Origin: Leptogorgia sarmentosa
Taxonomy: Eukaryota
Reading direction: 5' to 3'
Length of the DNA stretch: 64,000 nt
Assembly: GCA_964658305.1 (NCBI GenBank)
Contig: OZ210885.1
Coordinates: forward strand, 10,168,001-10,232,000
Position numbers and translations under genes: made by a program. Below, one piece after another: positions 28,101 to 43,100 of the stretch. A model generated the notes under the pieces. That model saw nothing but the letters and a program-made list of their open reading frames with translations, was not told where the DNA came from and did no database searches. Within the stretch, counting starts at the first letter, position 1. The number at the start of each line of letters is the position of its first letter.

Positions 28101-31100
28101 CTCAGGAAAGTCATCTTGCCCGCTCAGGAAAGTCATTTTGCCCGCTCGTGAAACTATTATAAAAATTAAATTTTTAAGGAAACTAAATCTTATTATGCCG
28201 TACGGTGACGTTGAAGAACACTCCCCGATTGAATTTTGCTGTCCCAGAAAAACACACGATCCAAAATGCTGAGTTTTAAAGTGAAAATAACGGCGAACAA
28301 AACAAGAGTTCGAAAACTGTTGCGAACATTGTTTTCACAGCACTTAAATGGCTTCATTTTGCATCGAACATTTGTTGTTTATCACGACATTTACATTATA
28401 TTTTTTATTCAATTTTTTCCTTTGTTGTAGTACAGCAGTGAACGGCCAGAAACCGCCATTCAGTATGCCAGTGTATACGGCAGAACGTTTCAGCAGCGAA
28501 AGTGTTTCCTAGTTCTTTCTACAATGTCAGAACAAATTGCGATCGAACAAAGCCATATAATAAATCCCTTATTAACCTCGTTTGCTCGGTCTGTACGGGA
28601 AAGTATTGCCTTCGGTTTTTAACGCACAGACCTCGCTCCTTCGTCGCTCGGTCTGTACGAAAACCCTCAGCCAATACTTTCCCGTACAGACCGAGCAAAC
28701 GAGGTTAATAAGTCCTTATTACATTACAATTTAAATTTGCATCTCAACTTTCACAATCCGCTAAATCGTATCGCATTCTAATGTTCTTTCTCACAATTCC
28801 TATAAATATCTAAAGGATGGTAGTCTAGTAGTTCATCGTAATTTATTGCTACAAAGTTATTTATCAATGCAACGTCATATGAACGGAGGTGCTTGCGATA
28901 GCTCAATGTGTGCATTTTTTTACAAGTAAAAAATACATCTCCATTTGTGATGATGAAAATATCTTCTATAATAAAAGAATGGCAATATCAAATGCTGGTA
29001 GACAACTGCTGTGTAGGTTCCGGATATAATAACATCAACAAGCAACAAAAGTTCTACTTACTACCTAAACGTTATAGAAAACAAATTCACTGCCTATATC
29101 GTTCAGTTGGTGAGTAGAACTTACTATCAAGTTATATTAGATACAGTATTGAATCCACGACTCAAGATTTTTCTTTTCATTGTATAATATGAATCCTTAA
29201 ATTGCAAAGATTTTTACATTAATTTTAATAACGCGTCCAACTTGATCATGCACAACCTATTTCTGACTGTTACAGAAAATATCCTTTTAATGTTTACTTC
29301 AATTTCTGAATTGATTATTTTTCCTTCCTGATCAATAGGTGACCTTGAATGGGCAAAACATGTTGCAGTCTCTGCTGATGATCGCTATGTCGTGTCGCTG
29401 TCAAAGAATTATCGCTTAACGAAGTCCTCGATAAAGGTGTAGTACACAAGCCTATACTAGTCATACTGTGCATATAAAAAAACAAAACAATAGAAACATC
29501 CAAACACAAGAAATTTTTTGAATTGTCTGTTCCACGTTTCGACTCGGCGTATTCATTATTAGGAATGTATACAATTTTTACAAAACATGGGTACATATAG
29601 CTACTTGTGAAACGCATTAATAATTCATGAAGAAAACAAAGAGGAAATCATCAGCATGCACTGGTGTAAGTATATGTAATACGCAAATTTCGGTTGACTG
29701 GCATAAACTATAAGTCTATAACTTTGATTTTCTGATGCTATATGATATCAGATGTGTTTTTAAAATTAAAGAAGGTTTGTATCAGACCCTAAAAATCGAA
29801 GGTATGGACTGGAAACTCTGGCTTAAATTGCACGACATCCGCGTCTTGCGCTTTGTTTTGAAACCTGTACTTCACATTTAATCCATTCCAGGACTTTGTA
29901 CTGACATATTTTAAACCAGAACCGAAAGAAATGTACATTTACATATAATATATAGTAAGAAAGCAAAAGAATGACCGTTTTAAGTAGGTTATATTTTAAT
30001 ATTAAAAATAGTCTAGTAAAATTGTATATCAGTATATGGATTATTATTATTATTATTATTTAATGACCTTGGATTTTGCAATCTTAAAGATTGAAATACA
30101 TCCATAGGCATAACAGCATGGTTACCTATTACATATAAAATATCAGAGTATATGGTAAAAATGTTAAAAACTAAAAATTCTAAAAAACTGTTGATTAAAA
30201 CTAAGCGTTAGTACTAAAAGTTATTAAAACGTTCAACAGAGGACGGAATAAAAGAGTTTTTGAGTACGAGCATTGAAGCATTGCCTTTCAATTTCATAAA
30301 CAGCTTTAAATTTCGACAGATTCAGTAAGTTACTAATTTACTATGTGTTATGGAATGGATTCTCATGCAAGATTTAAGACAAACTATACAGTACTGTGCA
30401 AAAGTTATAGGCACCTCGTGAAAAAACATTTGACGCCATCTTATTGTAAACTTATTGTAAACTTATACGATAAGTTTACAATAAGATGGCGTCAAATGCT
30501 TTTTCACGAGGTGCCTATAACTTTTGCACAGTACTGTACTTCATTCAGACCTGTATGATGACGGTTTCAGGTCAACGTACTCATAACCCATGATAGATAA
30601 TAATTGAAGTATGAATATGTGACCAGTGTAGGTAGCAGATGGCAACATCAACAACAAATAAAGGTCTACTCAATACCTATAAGTGTGACCGGATGATGCG
30701 TATCCGTATTTACTTATTTAGTTCGTTAAATGGCGTAGTTAGGCCACAGTAATTTCCTATGCAAACCCCAATTACGCAAATAGTTTCAAGCTTATCCAAG
30801 GTCATAGCAAGGAAAAAGGTCAAGGGAAGTCAAAACTGCAGAATCATGCTTCTAGCATTATCTTGCGACGCAGATCCTGTTTTTGTGGTTAATTTTCTGT
30901 AACTTAAAGTTGGTTTTAGCATGAGTGAGCAACCGCATGTCTTCCCTTACCATGCATTTTACGCAAATGCTACGCACGCGAAAATTGCTAATCTTCCTGT
31001 GTGTGATTATAAATTGAGCGCACAAAAGTATAATATCTTCAGTCGTTGTTGCGCAGTCACGGTTATATAGTATGGACTCATTCCAATAACGTATAATGTA

Positions 31101-34100
31101 CGGACTCTACGTGTATATTGGTCGTTCAATGGGGATATACGACGTATGTTTGTAAGAAACCACACGGATTCAAGCCTTGGGTGACATTAGGTAAATTGTT
31201 AGTTTTTACTGTGTAATCTGTGCATTTCATTGTATAATTAGCTTTATATGTATGCTTTGTTAATCTTTGCGCTTACTAGAGTGTAGTAACGACCTTTGCT
31301 TGACCTTCTGTCGACGTGTCGATTAGCAGTCGATTAGGGCTAACTGTTGTAGCTGCCAACTGCTTAATTGCCTAAATAGTTTAATCACTTATGTATTCTG
31401 TGCTTAATAATATGGCTTTAGTTATGCTTTAGATTGTTTTATTGCAACCTATTATCTTTAGCTTTTGATTTGTATTTTGATTCATATTATCTCAGTTAAT
31501 TGTCATATATTTAGTATATTTCCTTATTCTTGTTACATTAGTGTTCAATTTGTTCTCGTTTATTCGTTTATTGCATTTTGGTTTGTAATCGCTTATTAAA
31601 TTCTTTAAAAACTCACTTGTATCTTTGTGCGTAACCCGACCGTACCGGCCGTCTTACATTTTGGTGTCAGGAGTGGGATACGAGTTGTTCTGTTTGTCGT
31701 ATCTTGTGCGTAACCCGACCGTACCGGCCGTCTCACATTTTGCTGTCAGGAGTGGGATACGAGTTGTTCTGTTTGACAAGCTTGATAAGAATAATACAAA
31801 ACGAGAACGAATTAGCACTGTAGGTATGGCAACAGAAGAAGCTATTAAGGCGCTGGCCGATAAACTGAAGGAGTTGGAGACTCAACTTGCACAATCCCAG
31901 CCTGGACCGATAACGGTAAAAGTTCCAAGAGACAGGAAGCTACGAAGGTTCACGGGAGTACGGGACGGTAGCCTTCTCGAGGACTGGATCGTAGACGCCG
32001 AGCGGTCAATTGCTGGACAAACCGATGCCGACGCGGTGGATTTCCTGATGTACCATTTGGAGGGTGCAGCGAAGGACGGGATACGACTGAGACCGGCTGG
32101 GGAGAGAGAGAGACCTGCACAGCTGTTTAAGATCCTGCGTGATAGTTTCGGCGAGGGGCTAACCAGCACACAAGCCATGCGGAAGTTCTTCGAGCGTAAG
32201 CAACGGGATCGAGAGACGGTACGGGACTTCTGTCATGCGTTAATGCTCCTGTTGGCTCGTGTAGAACGCTTGCATAAGGGATATACAAATGGATTTGACG
32301 TATCCCGCAAAACGCCCTCGTCGGGAATTAGTGTAACACACTATTCGATCCCACCGAAGGGCCTCTGCTCGAAACGTAAAATCTGTTTATATTATTTAGG
32401 TGGAGAGTAGACTCTTTGCTGCCTGTTAATAAAGCCACTACCAATACAACTGAGTATTTTAAATACAACTCAGTTCATTGGTATTGTATGTAGTTAGATA
32501 ATCTGGAAGCAGATTAACCCGATCGTAAAATACCCCCATTACTAAAATCCCCAACATGCAATTTGTCATCTATACGGGAAAGACACTTACAGTACTATCT
32601 ATTTTGTGTTGCTGGAAGACCCAGCAACAACGTACTGAATGCTGAAGTTCTGTCATGTACGAGTTTGCATTTTGGTGATGCGACACACGATATATATTGT
32701 TCAAGATCTGTACCTATATAGATATGTATAATTGACATTTGATATAGTCTAATTAATGTGATGCTCGAGATAATCCTGTATATAATCGATGACTAGATGG
32801 GGCAAGAATCGTGGAAAAATTCATTGTGGACAACGCATGCATGAATAGTAATACTTGTCAACTGGTGAAAGAAATCAATTTTCAACTCTCCCCGCTCGTG
32901 TAGTGGAGGAGGTCTCATGCAGTTTACAATTTATAACGTTCCTGTAACGGGATGGTTGTTCACATGTAAGATTGCGCCATCCACTGAATAACTACATTAG
33001 TGAACACAGCAATTCCTGAGGAAGGACGTTTCATCGAAACGTTAAATCTGTTTCTATCGTTTAGGTGGTGAGCAAGACTGTTGCTCTTTGTTGAATTTCC
33101 TAAAACAACCCGTTAAAACTCTGACGAGAATAAAACTTAAATGTTTTGAAGTTGAATATTCTTTTTTATCAATTGGCTGCTCCGTATCTGCGATTTTATA
33201 CCTTCCCGAGCATTTTAACAACGGTTGAAATATTTGCTAACAAGTATCTAGCCCTATCTGACTTTTCCACAATTGGCCACCGTTCCATGGCGGTTCCATT
33301 ATTAGTCTAACGAACACTCCAATAGACTCCTGAACTCAAGCAAACAAGGCAAACTTTCTGCAGTAGCTTTATTCACGAGGTTGTATACATGCAGTTAAAC
33401 TGTTAAATGCATAAATAAAGTATGAAGACATAAATTGAACAAAATCATTAAAAGATTGTGTTACTGAGGGTAATGTGCTTTCCAGCCTATATATCCACTG
33501 ATCTCCTACTACCGGATTTATTATCCTTTTGGATTCAGTCTGGAATTTTGAAGTTAGAAAATTTCTAATGAGATAAGATTCTAAAATGAGTGACATTGAT
33601 CGCAGTTTCCATAAATGGTATCGCAACGTTCATGGTCGGATTATAAAGAAAATGTCTTTTGCAGTTTAAGACATACACAGAGCTGGTCATAACTTTTCTA
33701 GTGCTTTCTAGAACGTTTTAACAGCTTTGTAAAGAATCACACAGCGTACATCTTCGTGTGACCTCATTAGTTATTCACGGGCAAATTTAAAAGGAAAAAG
33801 ACACAATTTTTGGAGGAAATTTATTCAGACAATGTTTAATAAATATTTCAAGTAATAACCTAAAACTGCAGGAACTTCAAAAGCACCACAATGGATTTTA
33901 GATGGTGTCACCAATATGACCACATTTGGTTCATTTATGCATTTCCGAAGCTTTGTCCAGTCATTCTAGGTCTGTTCTTAATACGTATATCTCGGAAATT
34001 AAAAACGTAAAACCTAATCTAGAACGTATTAACTAATTTGTTGTGCTCTATCCCAATCCTTAAAAACTGCATAACTTCCGGTTTATAATCGCTTTAAGTA

Positions 34101-37100
34101 GCACGCATAATATAACTAATTAAACCTATTTACAAAGTCATTCATGTGCGTGTTAGTTATTATATTCATAATTAGTTTAGCTAAAATCAATGTAGTCACA
34201 AGTTTAAAGCGTTTTTTGCGTATCACACAGAAAAATTTTTCCTTTTATTTTCAAGGTGTGGAATTTGTCTGATGGCAGTGTGATCAATGGAATTGATAGC
34301 GATGGCACACCTGAGATAGTTCGCTTTAGTTCTGATGGGTTGCAAGTTATAATTGGATGCAAAGATAACCATGTGTTCATCTGGGACTGGCAAAAGCCAG
34401 ATGCGTCTTTGAAAGAAGTCATTTTACCCGCGTCCTACACAGTGGAATTAGCATGCGATCGCAACATGATTTACACATGCAGCCGGGATATGCATACTTG
34501 TGAAATCAATCTCGACTCACTACAAGTATCGACTGTTTGTCAAGGGTCGAGCGTTCCACCTGTAATATCACCCGACGGTAAAATAGTATTATTTGGGTCG
34601 CTTCAGAATAATGTGTTTTTCCACGGGAAACTGTCAACAAATAGTTTGGTCGAGCATAATGCAGGTGGGTAAATGAAGGAATATTTGAAACTTCTAAATA
34701 CTTAAGTCATTGATGCGACTACAGGGTATTGTACTATCTTTATACACGCAAAATTTATGTTTGTGAAATATCCGTTTTAGTTGACAATATATTTCTCCGA
34801 AAAAAACAGTGCATTCAAATTACTATTGGATTCGATTTAAGAAATTGTTATGGCTTCACATGCTATTTTCTGATTACGAACAATACAATGAAAACAGTTT
34901 CATCGCGAGTATCTACAAGCTAATATGCATTATTTAGGTCGTGTTGCATGTAGAGAAAGAATACCAACACTACAAGATTGCTGTGGTATATAGAAATCCT
35001 ATAGGATTTGCAGCACATCGTTGCTGCGGTGAATGTAAATCTCAATGCATTTTTAGCTGATCAATAATTTTTTCCCGTCATCCTTTTCAATTTATTTGCA
35101 TTATACTGTATGTTATGTATATTTAATTTTGACCTTATCAAGATTAGTTCAGTTATCTCACTGTTTGGAAGTGCTATAAAGGACCCCAACTACGAGCCCC
35201 AATTCTGTAATTCCAGTCATTTTTGACGCCAATATTGTATTTCCTGGGTCATCCTGCTGTTAAAAATGCGGGATCCAGTTAAAAATAAATTATCCATTCG
35301 ACTGTCAGTGATGAGTTTGATCGTCTACGATTTCCATTATCGCGCAACTTACCTTAATCCTTAAACTGCATTGTTCGTAAAACTGCATGATGACGATCTG
35401 CTACTGAAAACAATGCGATCTTGGAAAAAAAAAGAAAAAACGTAATTGTATGTAATTTGTCAATGATCTGGGTGTAACAGTGTGTATTTGTCTGAACCTG
35501 CTCGGCATGCAATAATTGACGACAAAACCAAGTATATAAAGATTTTATATAATGACAAGATGGACTATTAGGACAGATTTTATATAAATTGGCTCCAATC
35601 CTATGTTAAGAAGTATTTCTTATTCCATGATATTATTTTCATTGAATATAAACATCTCAAACAAGGTTATGAATGCAAAACAATCCGGTTAACAATTGAC
35701 GTGCACTTGTCTTGGAAAAATAAAACTGAAACTATTTGCCAAAAGGTAACAGCGTGAATTACTGCTGGCTAAGCGTTTCTTTACCACAATATACTTATTT
35801 TGATATATAACGCTATTGTTAGTCCGCACCATAGCCAGAATTCGCGGACATTTCAGCCCGCGCTATCTTCCCAGCGGCTGTACGAACAATGTCCTCAGAA
35901 TTCATCAATACCCCTCGATATCCCTCAGCGTTTTCTCATCAAAATAAAAATAGCAAAAACAGCTGGTACTGAGAAACATAGTCCAACTGTCGAAACCATC
36001 TAAATCATCCGACTTTTTTCAACAAGCATCTCTCCTCGTAAGGGGTCTCAGCCATTCTGAATTTAAATTTTCGCGCGTTGCTTTTTGGCAAAGCGCGTTT
36101 TCTGATGAATAGAGTCTCGGACTCAATACATATCTATAGGAAAATTCTTTCTCGCTCCACATGTTGGTACCAAACGCGGCATGTTATGTGTATTACGCTT
36201 GGGACAAATTGGTGAACGATAAACCTCAGTTCAATACTAATCGTACACGACTGTTCCGATAACATAGTGGACTTTATTGATTTCGTAACTTTAAAAAGCA
36301 GAGTGGCTATAGATCGCCAAAATCTTAGTGGCTTAGATCGATCCAAGATGATGAAATGAATTCAAAAGCCACTCGTTCAAACTAAAAGATTTCAACAATG
36401 ATCGATGCTGTCTAAGTATCGTGAAATTTAAATTTTAACCTTATCTTTCCGAAAAATATGTTGTTCCCCCTTCAAAATTATAAGTTAATTTCTTTGAGTA
36501 TTACTCGCAAAAAGCGGAGCCCGGCGTAAAAGTTTATGGTGATTTGTGTTATTCACAGACATGCTGTACTTATAAAATATTAAACAATTATTGAATGAGG
36601 CCGAGTAGGATATGAGGAATTATCCAGGCCGAGGTTTGTGTTATCTGCCAAAGCCGAAGGCTGAGGGAGATAATACAAACCGAGGCCTGAATAATTCCCC
36701 ATTCCTACGAGGACCGAATTCAATAATTGTTTCATTATTTATTTGTATATAGCGCTTGCAAAAACACGCAATTGCAAGGTATTAGAAATAGAACAATAAA
36801 ATAGTGTTCGCAAGACTGAATAAGCCAATCAGACTACAAGAGAAAATGTTCTTATAGCTGTTGTACATTTCAAGGTCGCAGTCAGAGCAATTCAACATAG
36901 CTAAACAAATATAAATCAAACAAATTTATTTCAACTCAATATAAACGTTTGGAAGAACCTTTCCTTTGAGGAAGCCATTTGTATTTCCCACTATTTTTCC
37001 GCTTTTGGCATATGCAGAATAAATTAGTCGACGTCATAATGTCGTATAATTTTCAATATACGACATAATTACGTCATAATGTCGTATATGAAGATTTAAT

Positions 37101-40100
37101 GCACTGCTCTTAACCAATCAAAACTCTTGAATTGTTTGAAATAAATAATACTAATTGATATACTTGACAACTTCTTATGACTTTAATTGAACATTTTACT
37201 TCCTTCATGCAGGTCACCCTGACGACTCGATAGTTACAGCAATTGACATCACATCGAATGGTAAATTTGCTTTGTCTGGAAGCAGTTCAGGAACATTGTC
37301 ACTGGTCGACATAGAGTGTTCTAAAATAGTTCAAACCTTCGCAAAGACCGAATCTGGAGTCGCCATACGTTTTGTGTGCTTATTAAGTGATGATGTCCGT
37401 TTCGTTTTTGTTGACGGGGCAAATAGGATCGATCTAAGAACCTTTAATGATATCGAGGCCAGCATTAATTTGGGTCAACCAGAAGTTAAAGTCACCTGCA
37501 TTACTGCTCTTGGTTCAAACTATGCATTGCTTGGTTGTGATGACGGAGAACTGTTATGGTTTCATCTTAACAATAAATCGCAGTTGAAATTCCCAGCACA
37601 CGAGGATGCCATTTCTCAAGTTAGACGCGAGCTAGGAGGTCACGATCGTTCACGTCGCTTCGCATCGGGGTCTATCGGTGGATCTGTGAAGCTTTGGAAT
37701 GTTGAAGAAAACTTGCCGACGTTAATATGGTCACATGATAACATTTGTTCTAATTCCATTACCGCGTTAGAATTCGTGCCCTGCTCGGATGATATTATAA
37801 TTGCTTCTGACGACGAGGTATGTATATCATTTTCCAAACGAGATTGTCAAACGTTAGCTATTTTTGGTGCGTGTTACTTGCTGTATAGGTTGAGCTGCAA
37901 TTCAAATTTCGTCATGTCTCTTTACCGAACAAGATTCTCAAACGTTATTTTTAGGGCTTAATATTTGTTGTAGTTGAGCTGCACTTCAAATTTCATTCCT
38001 TGCAGTACATGAAAAATAACACATACCATGCTTATTGTGAAGCGTTTCTAGAAATGTTGTGAATTAACTTTGTTCCAAGTATTATTTTGGAAATCGGGGG
38101 ACAAAATTAGAAGAAAGCTCCTAGTTCAGCCCTTGACTGGAAGAACACAACCAAGTAAATGCATGTGGTGATGAAGTCGTGTGCATGTTTAATTGTTTTT
38201 TCGCTAATCGATGTTTTGTGCACTGTGAAAAGTGTAAAAAAAAGAAAAAACATATGGTGGGCATGTCATTGTTACCGATTCCATGGCGAAAATCGCATTA
38301 AGATTAGATCTGTCCGCATGGTTAAGCACGCTACCTGAGTTTGTTCCACCTACTCGGTCTCGTCCAATTGTTAAATATTCCCTAAACTAATAAAAGCGCG
38401 AAAAAGTTCCGAAAACACGCGTTCAGTTAGCCTAGGTAGTTTAATATACTCTCGGCAGTCTCGTACATCTGCACGGCACTTCATTTATTTAAAAATAGGT
38501 ACACAAAGTGCTCATGTATTGCGCTCAAGCTACCAGCGCGGTGATACAAACTTGTCAATGCGCGACTTGTTGGATCTGTCCCGAATATGTGTCACCTTGC
38601 ATGTATAAAATTGTAATCCGCTGGCAATTAGCGCGACTGTTTTTTCGAAAGTACTGATTTCTGAAACGTGAGGTTGGGCGTTGAAGACTTGATATAAGCT
38701 TTCATAAATATATCGCATTCCAAATATCAAATTGCAATGGAATTCAACTGGGCGACATACGATATGGCATATTTTAAAGACCTCCTTCAAATTTATTGAT
38801 GTTGTCGCGTCTTGCGATTGCTTTTCGAAATTTGTTGCTTCCTTTAACCAAGTTTACCCTTTGTATAAAACCACTTACATACAACATATTCTGTCCATGT
38901 TTTTAAATTGTCAATGTCGTTTTGAATTGCAATTGGGCATTTACTGAGATGTAGAATGTCAAAATTGATTGCCTAAACTTTCGTTGTTGTAGACTACACT
39001 TTACAATGTATCGGTACAAACATTGCAACATTAACATGCTGCCATTTTGAATATTTTTCGAACTGTAATTGCACAATTACTGGGATTTATACTGCACAAT
39101 GCAACCGCAATACTGCGAGAGTAAATTTACAGAATCTCAATTTTTAATTCGACGAAATAACACGCTGATATTTATATTGCGCAGTACAACCACAATACTA
39201 CAGGATCAAGTTTACAGAATCGCAACTTCTACTTCGATGAAATAACACGCTGACTCCCGCTATCTCGAACTCTCAAGGGCAACAAAAATTCGTTGGAAAT
39301 AGGGGGAGTTCGACCTGGTTCGACTTAGCGAGGGTTGATGTGAATGTACTGTGAGTTCAATGGAACTGGCTTTCAGTTCGCGAGATAACGCAAGATTCGA
39401 GATAACCGAGTTCAAGATAGCGGGATTCTACTGTAGCGCTCCTGCCCTATTCCTTGACAATACAACTGACTAAAATAGATGCCGTGTGTAACGGTATAAG
39501 GCAAGTTAACTCTAACGCATAATTATGAACCTACAAAAATGGAACGATAACTGGACTGTTTGTGATGTATAGGTATTTTAGCTTCATGATAATACAGTAT
39601 ACGTAGGCTACAATTCATACATTATAGTTAAGACCAGCCTGAATGAACGTTAATTGAGAAATGTCTCACTAATATCCGGCCACGACATATACACATAACA
39701 ATACACATTAATGGACAATGGTCCGCATCGACTGCATGGATGGAAATTCTGGCGATTTACGTAAGAATGCACTTACAGACTTGCAAGACCTCAACGGGTA
39801 GTACCCAATATTTCTCAATTGAGAGCACGGGTAATGCCCACGCTGGACTATCGCCTAAGCTTGCTGGTTGGCGTTTCAGTATTACTCTTGATATAGTTAT
39901 ATTAGTGTTAGATATAAACCATTTTTCTATATACTAAGAATTTCCTTAATCCCAACCCAAACCCTAGAATCCTAACCCTGACCATTGTGGTCAGAAAAAT
40001 ATTGAGGAAAAAAAAGTTTTCATCACAAACGCTGAAAAAATGTGCCGAACTGGGGCTTGAACTATAGAACTGCAACGCACGCACCGCGCGCCTTACCACT

Positions 40101-43100
40101 TGAGCTACATCGAGCTCGCTGCTCACCACTCTGGCCTGGCTAAATGCATTCTGTCTGAGATTTCTATGTGGAGTTTATATTCATAAGTACATTAATTACT
40201 GATATTGTCAACATCAAGATGATCTCAATACACGGAAAAGGACTGAGACTAGTTGTCAAATTCAAATCCATTTTTCGATTGAAATCTCGCATAATATACT
40301 TTATTTCATTTCCATATTTTTGTCAGGGCTAAATTTCTCATAACCAAACATAATTACAAAATTTCAACTAGTTTAATACAGAATAACAAAAGATATAATT
40401 GAGTGAATATAGCAAAATGGATTTCTGTGCGGACAGCATTCTAAAAGTCACACCTTTGTCACAAGTTCAATAAAAATTGATATGTTTCCTAGAATTCACA
40501 TATAATTACATTATAGAAACAACGCCTTATGCATAACCTATGTGTTCGGAATCAATTTCATCCAATAAATGTAGCACTGAAAGCCACCAATCACTTATAG
40601 TCAAATTACTGGAATATTATAAACTGCTTTACACTTACAAAAATTTCAACCATCTGCAAGTTTGACAAAGAAATAATTCTTACAAAAAGAAAATAAATCT
40701 TGTAGCTATAACGTAAAGTTTGATCCACAAGCAGGAAAAACGGCGCGCATGCCTTCCCGAACTAAGTTTAAAAACAAAGTAAGAGAAAAATAACAAGATA
40801 TGACTGAATAAACAAAAATATTTATATTTGGGTCATAAAAAAAAGGAAAGGGTATGACAAAAAAATTATCTGAATAGAAGGAGGAAAATTCGTACAACAG
40901 ACACCAAAGTTAATATAAAATCTAACATGTTACAGCAATTTACTGGGAAAATAAATATACCAAGACGTAAATTATGAAGCGAATTGTATAATTCAACGCT
41001 TCATAATTATTTAAACTGAAGTAAGCACCAATGCAACTGTATCCTTCTTGCATGTGTAACAAGTTAACCCGGTGCGTAAACAATTTGAAAAGAGGTTTAG
41101 AATTCCGTTGATTGTCAAAACTTTCAAGAACTGTACGAATTAAACATTAATTACAGAGCCGTTTACTAACTATTTTTATTAATTACACCGTTCCGAGCCG
41201 GCGTTGATTTTAAAAACAACCAAAACAACGCAGTATTAATTGCATATATGTTTGTTGAAATACCACTCGTGCTTCGCACATATTACAGTAATTTAGCAGG
41301 ATAATTTACGAAACATAACTGCTGAATGCTTATACGATAATTGCGAAACGCCATACTTCATTTACATTTAAACTCAATGTTTCCTGCACACAAACAACCC
41401 CCCCCCCGACGATTTGCACGCTTGCCTTCAGTCACTAATACTGCATGTGTAAATTAAATTCAACAATTCCAATTCTGAAGGTAATTTTTAGTGCAAAGTT
41501 TCAAAGAAACTTTGCAGTATTGTGATGAGTGGCGAAAATTCACATCAGTCATGTAGTCATGTAGTCATTTAGTCATGTAGTCATGTAGTCATTCAGTCAT
41601 TCATAGTGTAAACTCCGAGGGGAGCGTCCCAAATTCTCATGACATGCGAAACTCGGTATTTGACTGATATCCATGAAATGTTTGAACAAAAATGATTCGA
41701 TTGCAGTTATATATCATTGGTCATCATTATTTACAGTTGTTCTCATTGATATGAAAGTTTGTTAGATGTGAAATGTGATCAAAGAAGCGCAGAAATACAG
41801 TACACAATGGCGGACGCCCTCCGGAATTTCAGTTTTTGCAAAAATTGCAACTCAGCATTTCTGGGGAATGAAATTACACAATATGGCGGACGCTAAGAGT
41901 GGGGCATTGAACTATATATAACTGGAAGGCTACCTTCATATTAACGGAAGCGAAAAAATTGAAGCCAAAATTTTGCGTGGAATTACCCCCAGACACGCGT
42001 GTCTGGGGGTAATTTCACGCGAGTTCAGCTGCGTGACATTCTCGCGCGGTAGAAAGGAGCGAACAAGTCAACAACATGTTTTGAAAAGAGAACGTAGGAA
42101 TTTGCGATGCGATAGAGAAGTGATTTTGCTGTTTTTTTACAGCTTCAAAGCCATTTCTAGTGGTATGAATACAGAAAAATTAAATTTTATGGCGATCAAT
42201 TGAATTTCTGTAACGTAAACTCGCCGAAAACAAACGATTGTGTCTCGATTAAAACGGATCTCATGTGCTTGACATATTGATTCGAAAGCTGGCTACAAAT
42301 GGAATCACAACAGATTTTAGTCTATGACTATGTCATGGTCGCCTGTGGGCGAACAATTTTTGAAAAATGTCAAGAATAGACGAAAAATGACAGCCCGACA
42401 TAGCAAAAGTGGCAAAACCTCAAAAGGCCACTTATCGCCGTTCGGTTTTTTTACAAAAAGCGCTAGTTTTTTCAGGCAGCACCATACAAAATTTGGCAAA
42501 AACTGGTCATTATTATGAAAACCAAACATTTACCAAATTTATGTTACATATAAATGATTCATATCCTCCTAAAACTATTTTTTGCGAATTTTGTACAAGT
42601 TTTTTCAACAAAAAACAGAAATGTTTTTGTTTTGGCCGTGTCTACATTACGTGGAAAGACTGGGGCCGATTTGGCTTCAAGTCTCCTGCCGGAAGTAGCC
42701 TTCCAGTTTTATTTAGTTCAATGGAGTGGGGCCATGAATCAGTAATTCAGTATGAACTGTATGATGATAATATAATGTGGCCAACATGTTTGAATGCGTT
42801 GATAAAGCAGTTAAAATGTTCTTTATATATCAGCAATGAATCTAGAGATTTGAATTGTTATCATTGTCAGTAGAGAACTTGTATTTGTCATGCACAATTT
42901 AAAATAGCTACTCGATACTGTTAACAGCCGCCGTGCGTATTTATATTAAAAATTTAGTTGGCCGACATTGCCATCGCAATTCGTGAATAGCGGGCGAACT
43001 AAGATGCGTAACACAGTAGAACTCGTCACAACAAGATAGCCATAATTTTAAATCGGTTGATGAAAGGCAACATATTTGCGAGCTTTCGCATTTATAGCTT

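Noticed and set aside
40035..40117. Functional tRNA gene
   Set aside because: Acceptor and anticodon stems pair poorly; kept only as a tRNA-derived unit.
42409..42873. 154-aa ORF as the missing APAF-1-like exon
   Set aside because: No WD40 character or convincing splice sites; 44005-44257 satisfies the phase requirement.
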